Part shown: in pieces, positions 63,643 to 64,000 of the stretch
How positions within the stretch are numbered: the first letter of the stretch is position 1
Layout: each line of letters starts with the position of its first letter
NCBI GenBank assembly: GCA_025361885.1
Contig: JANYJF010000001.1
Coordinates: 5,208 to 69,207 of the forward strand
From: Coriobacteriia bacterium
Lineage (GTDB): Bacteria > Actinomycetota > Coriobacteriia > Anaerosomatales > PALSA-660
Reading direction: 5' to 3'
Length of the DNA: 64,000 nt
Notes under the pieces: generated by a model
What the model was told of the DNA's origin: nothing
The model's input: the letters and a program-made list of their open reading frames with translations, nothing else
Databases searched by the model: none
Translations under genes and position numbers: made by a program

Positions 63643-64000
63643 GTGAAGGGTACGAAGTGGTTCGCGCTGGCGGCTGTGGCCGCAATCGTCGCCGGGGCGC
63701 TGGCTCTGACGGGCTGCGGCTCGTCCACCCCCGCGGCTGACACGACGCCCGCTAAGAAGGCGGAGCTGTCCGGCTCGCTCACGATCGCGGGCTCCGACAC
63801 GATGATCAACCTGGCCCAGGCGTGGTCCGAGAAGTTCATGATCGACAACCCCGGTGTCAGCGTCGCGGTCAAGGGCGGCGGTTCCGGCACCGGTATCGCG
63901 GCGCTCATCAACGGCACCGTGGACTTCGCGGATGCGTCCCGTGCCATCGAGCCCGCCGAGGCTGCGTCCATCAAGTCCAAGGGCGGCGAGGCGGTGACGA
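63643..64000 (+). CDS. pstS: Phosphate ABC transporter substrate-binding lipoprotein PstS (5' part; runs off the window)
   Basis: GTG start after GAGGAG. Signal peptide with lipobox LTGC. TIAGSDTMINLAQAW...VKGGGSGTGIAALINGTVDFADASR. Absent from the ORF track because there is no stop in the window. Confidence 0.88.
   Translation, partial: MKGTKWFALAAVAAIVAGALALTGCGSSTPAADTTPAKKAELSGSLTIAGSDTMINLAQAWSEKFMIDNPGVSVAVKGGGSGTGIAALINGTVDFADASRAIEPAEAASIKSKGGEAVT

Overview
High-GC, Gram-positive-type chromosomal segment, almost entirely + strand and made of core housekeeping genes. The backbone synteny is Actinomycetota-like. A Coriobacteriia-like lineage is my inference from gene order plus Firmicutes-like traits (ECF module after rplQ, CIRCE, glmS ribozyme).

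Gene order:
- rpoC 3' end
- rpsL-rpsG-fusA (no tuf)
- S10/spc/alpha ribosomal-protein clusters with secY-adk-map-infA-rpmJ
- rpoA-rplQ
- ecfA1-ecfA2-ecfT-truA
- rplM-rpsI
- glmM
- glmS ribozyme + glmS
- acpS-nnr-CBS-alr
- nine-gene A/V-type ATPase operon
- one small hypothetical gene (-)
- nitroreductase-udg
- tsaE-tsaB-rimI::tsaD fusion
- CIRCE-groES-groEL
- GT4 glycosyltransferase
- ychF
- guaB3-like-guaA
- chorismate mutase-DAHP synthase
- a 64-aa Cys-rich protein
- pcrA
- CBS-DRTGG family II pyrophosphatase
- PAP2/LssY-like membrane phosphatase
- a PhoR/PhoP-like two-component pair (-)
- 5' end of pstS

I found no rRNA, tRNA, CRISPR array, transposase/integrase or recognisable defence gene. 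I do not see a convincing novel multi-gene system.

The items most worth follow-up:
1. A roughly 165-aa RpoC C-terminal extension ending in two tandem CCCH modules.
2. An A/V-ATPase block splitting the conserved actinobacterial alr-tsaE junction.
3. A RimI-TsaD single-ORF fusion.
4. A small protein with a C6-H-HC ligand pattern upstream of pcrA.
5. A very clear glmS ribozyme.
6. Unusually long spacers inside the ribosomal-protein operons.

Many long ORFs in the supplied track are antisense or out-of-frame shadows typical of high-GC DNA and were rejected. Start codons were re-chosen by N-terminal conservation and Shine-Dalgarno spacing. End coordinates include the stop codon.
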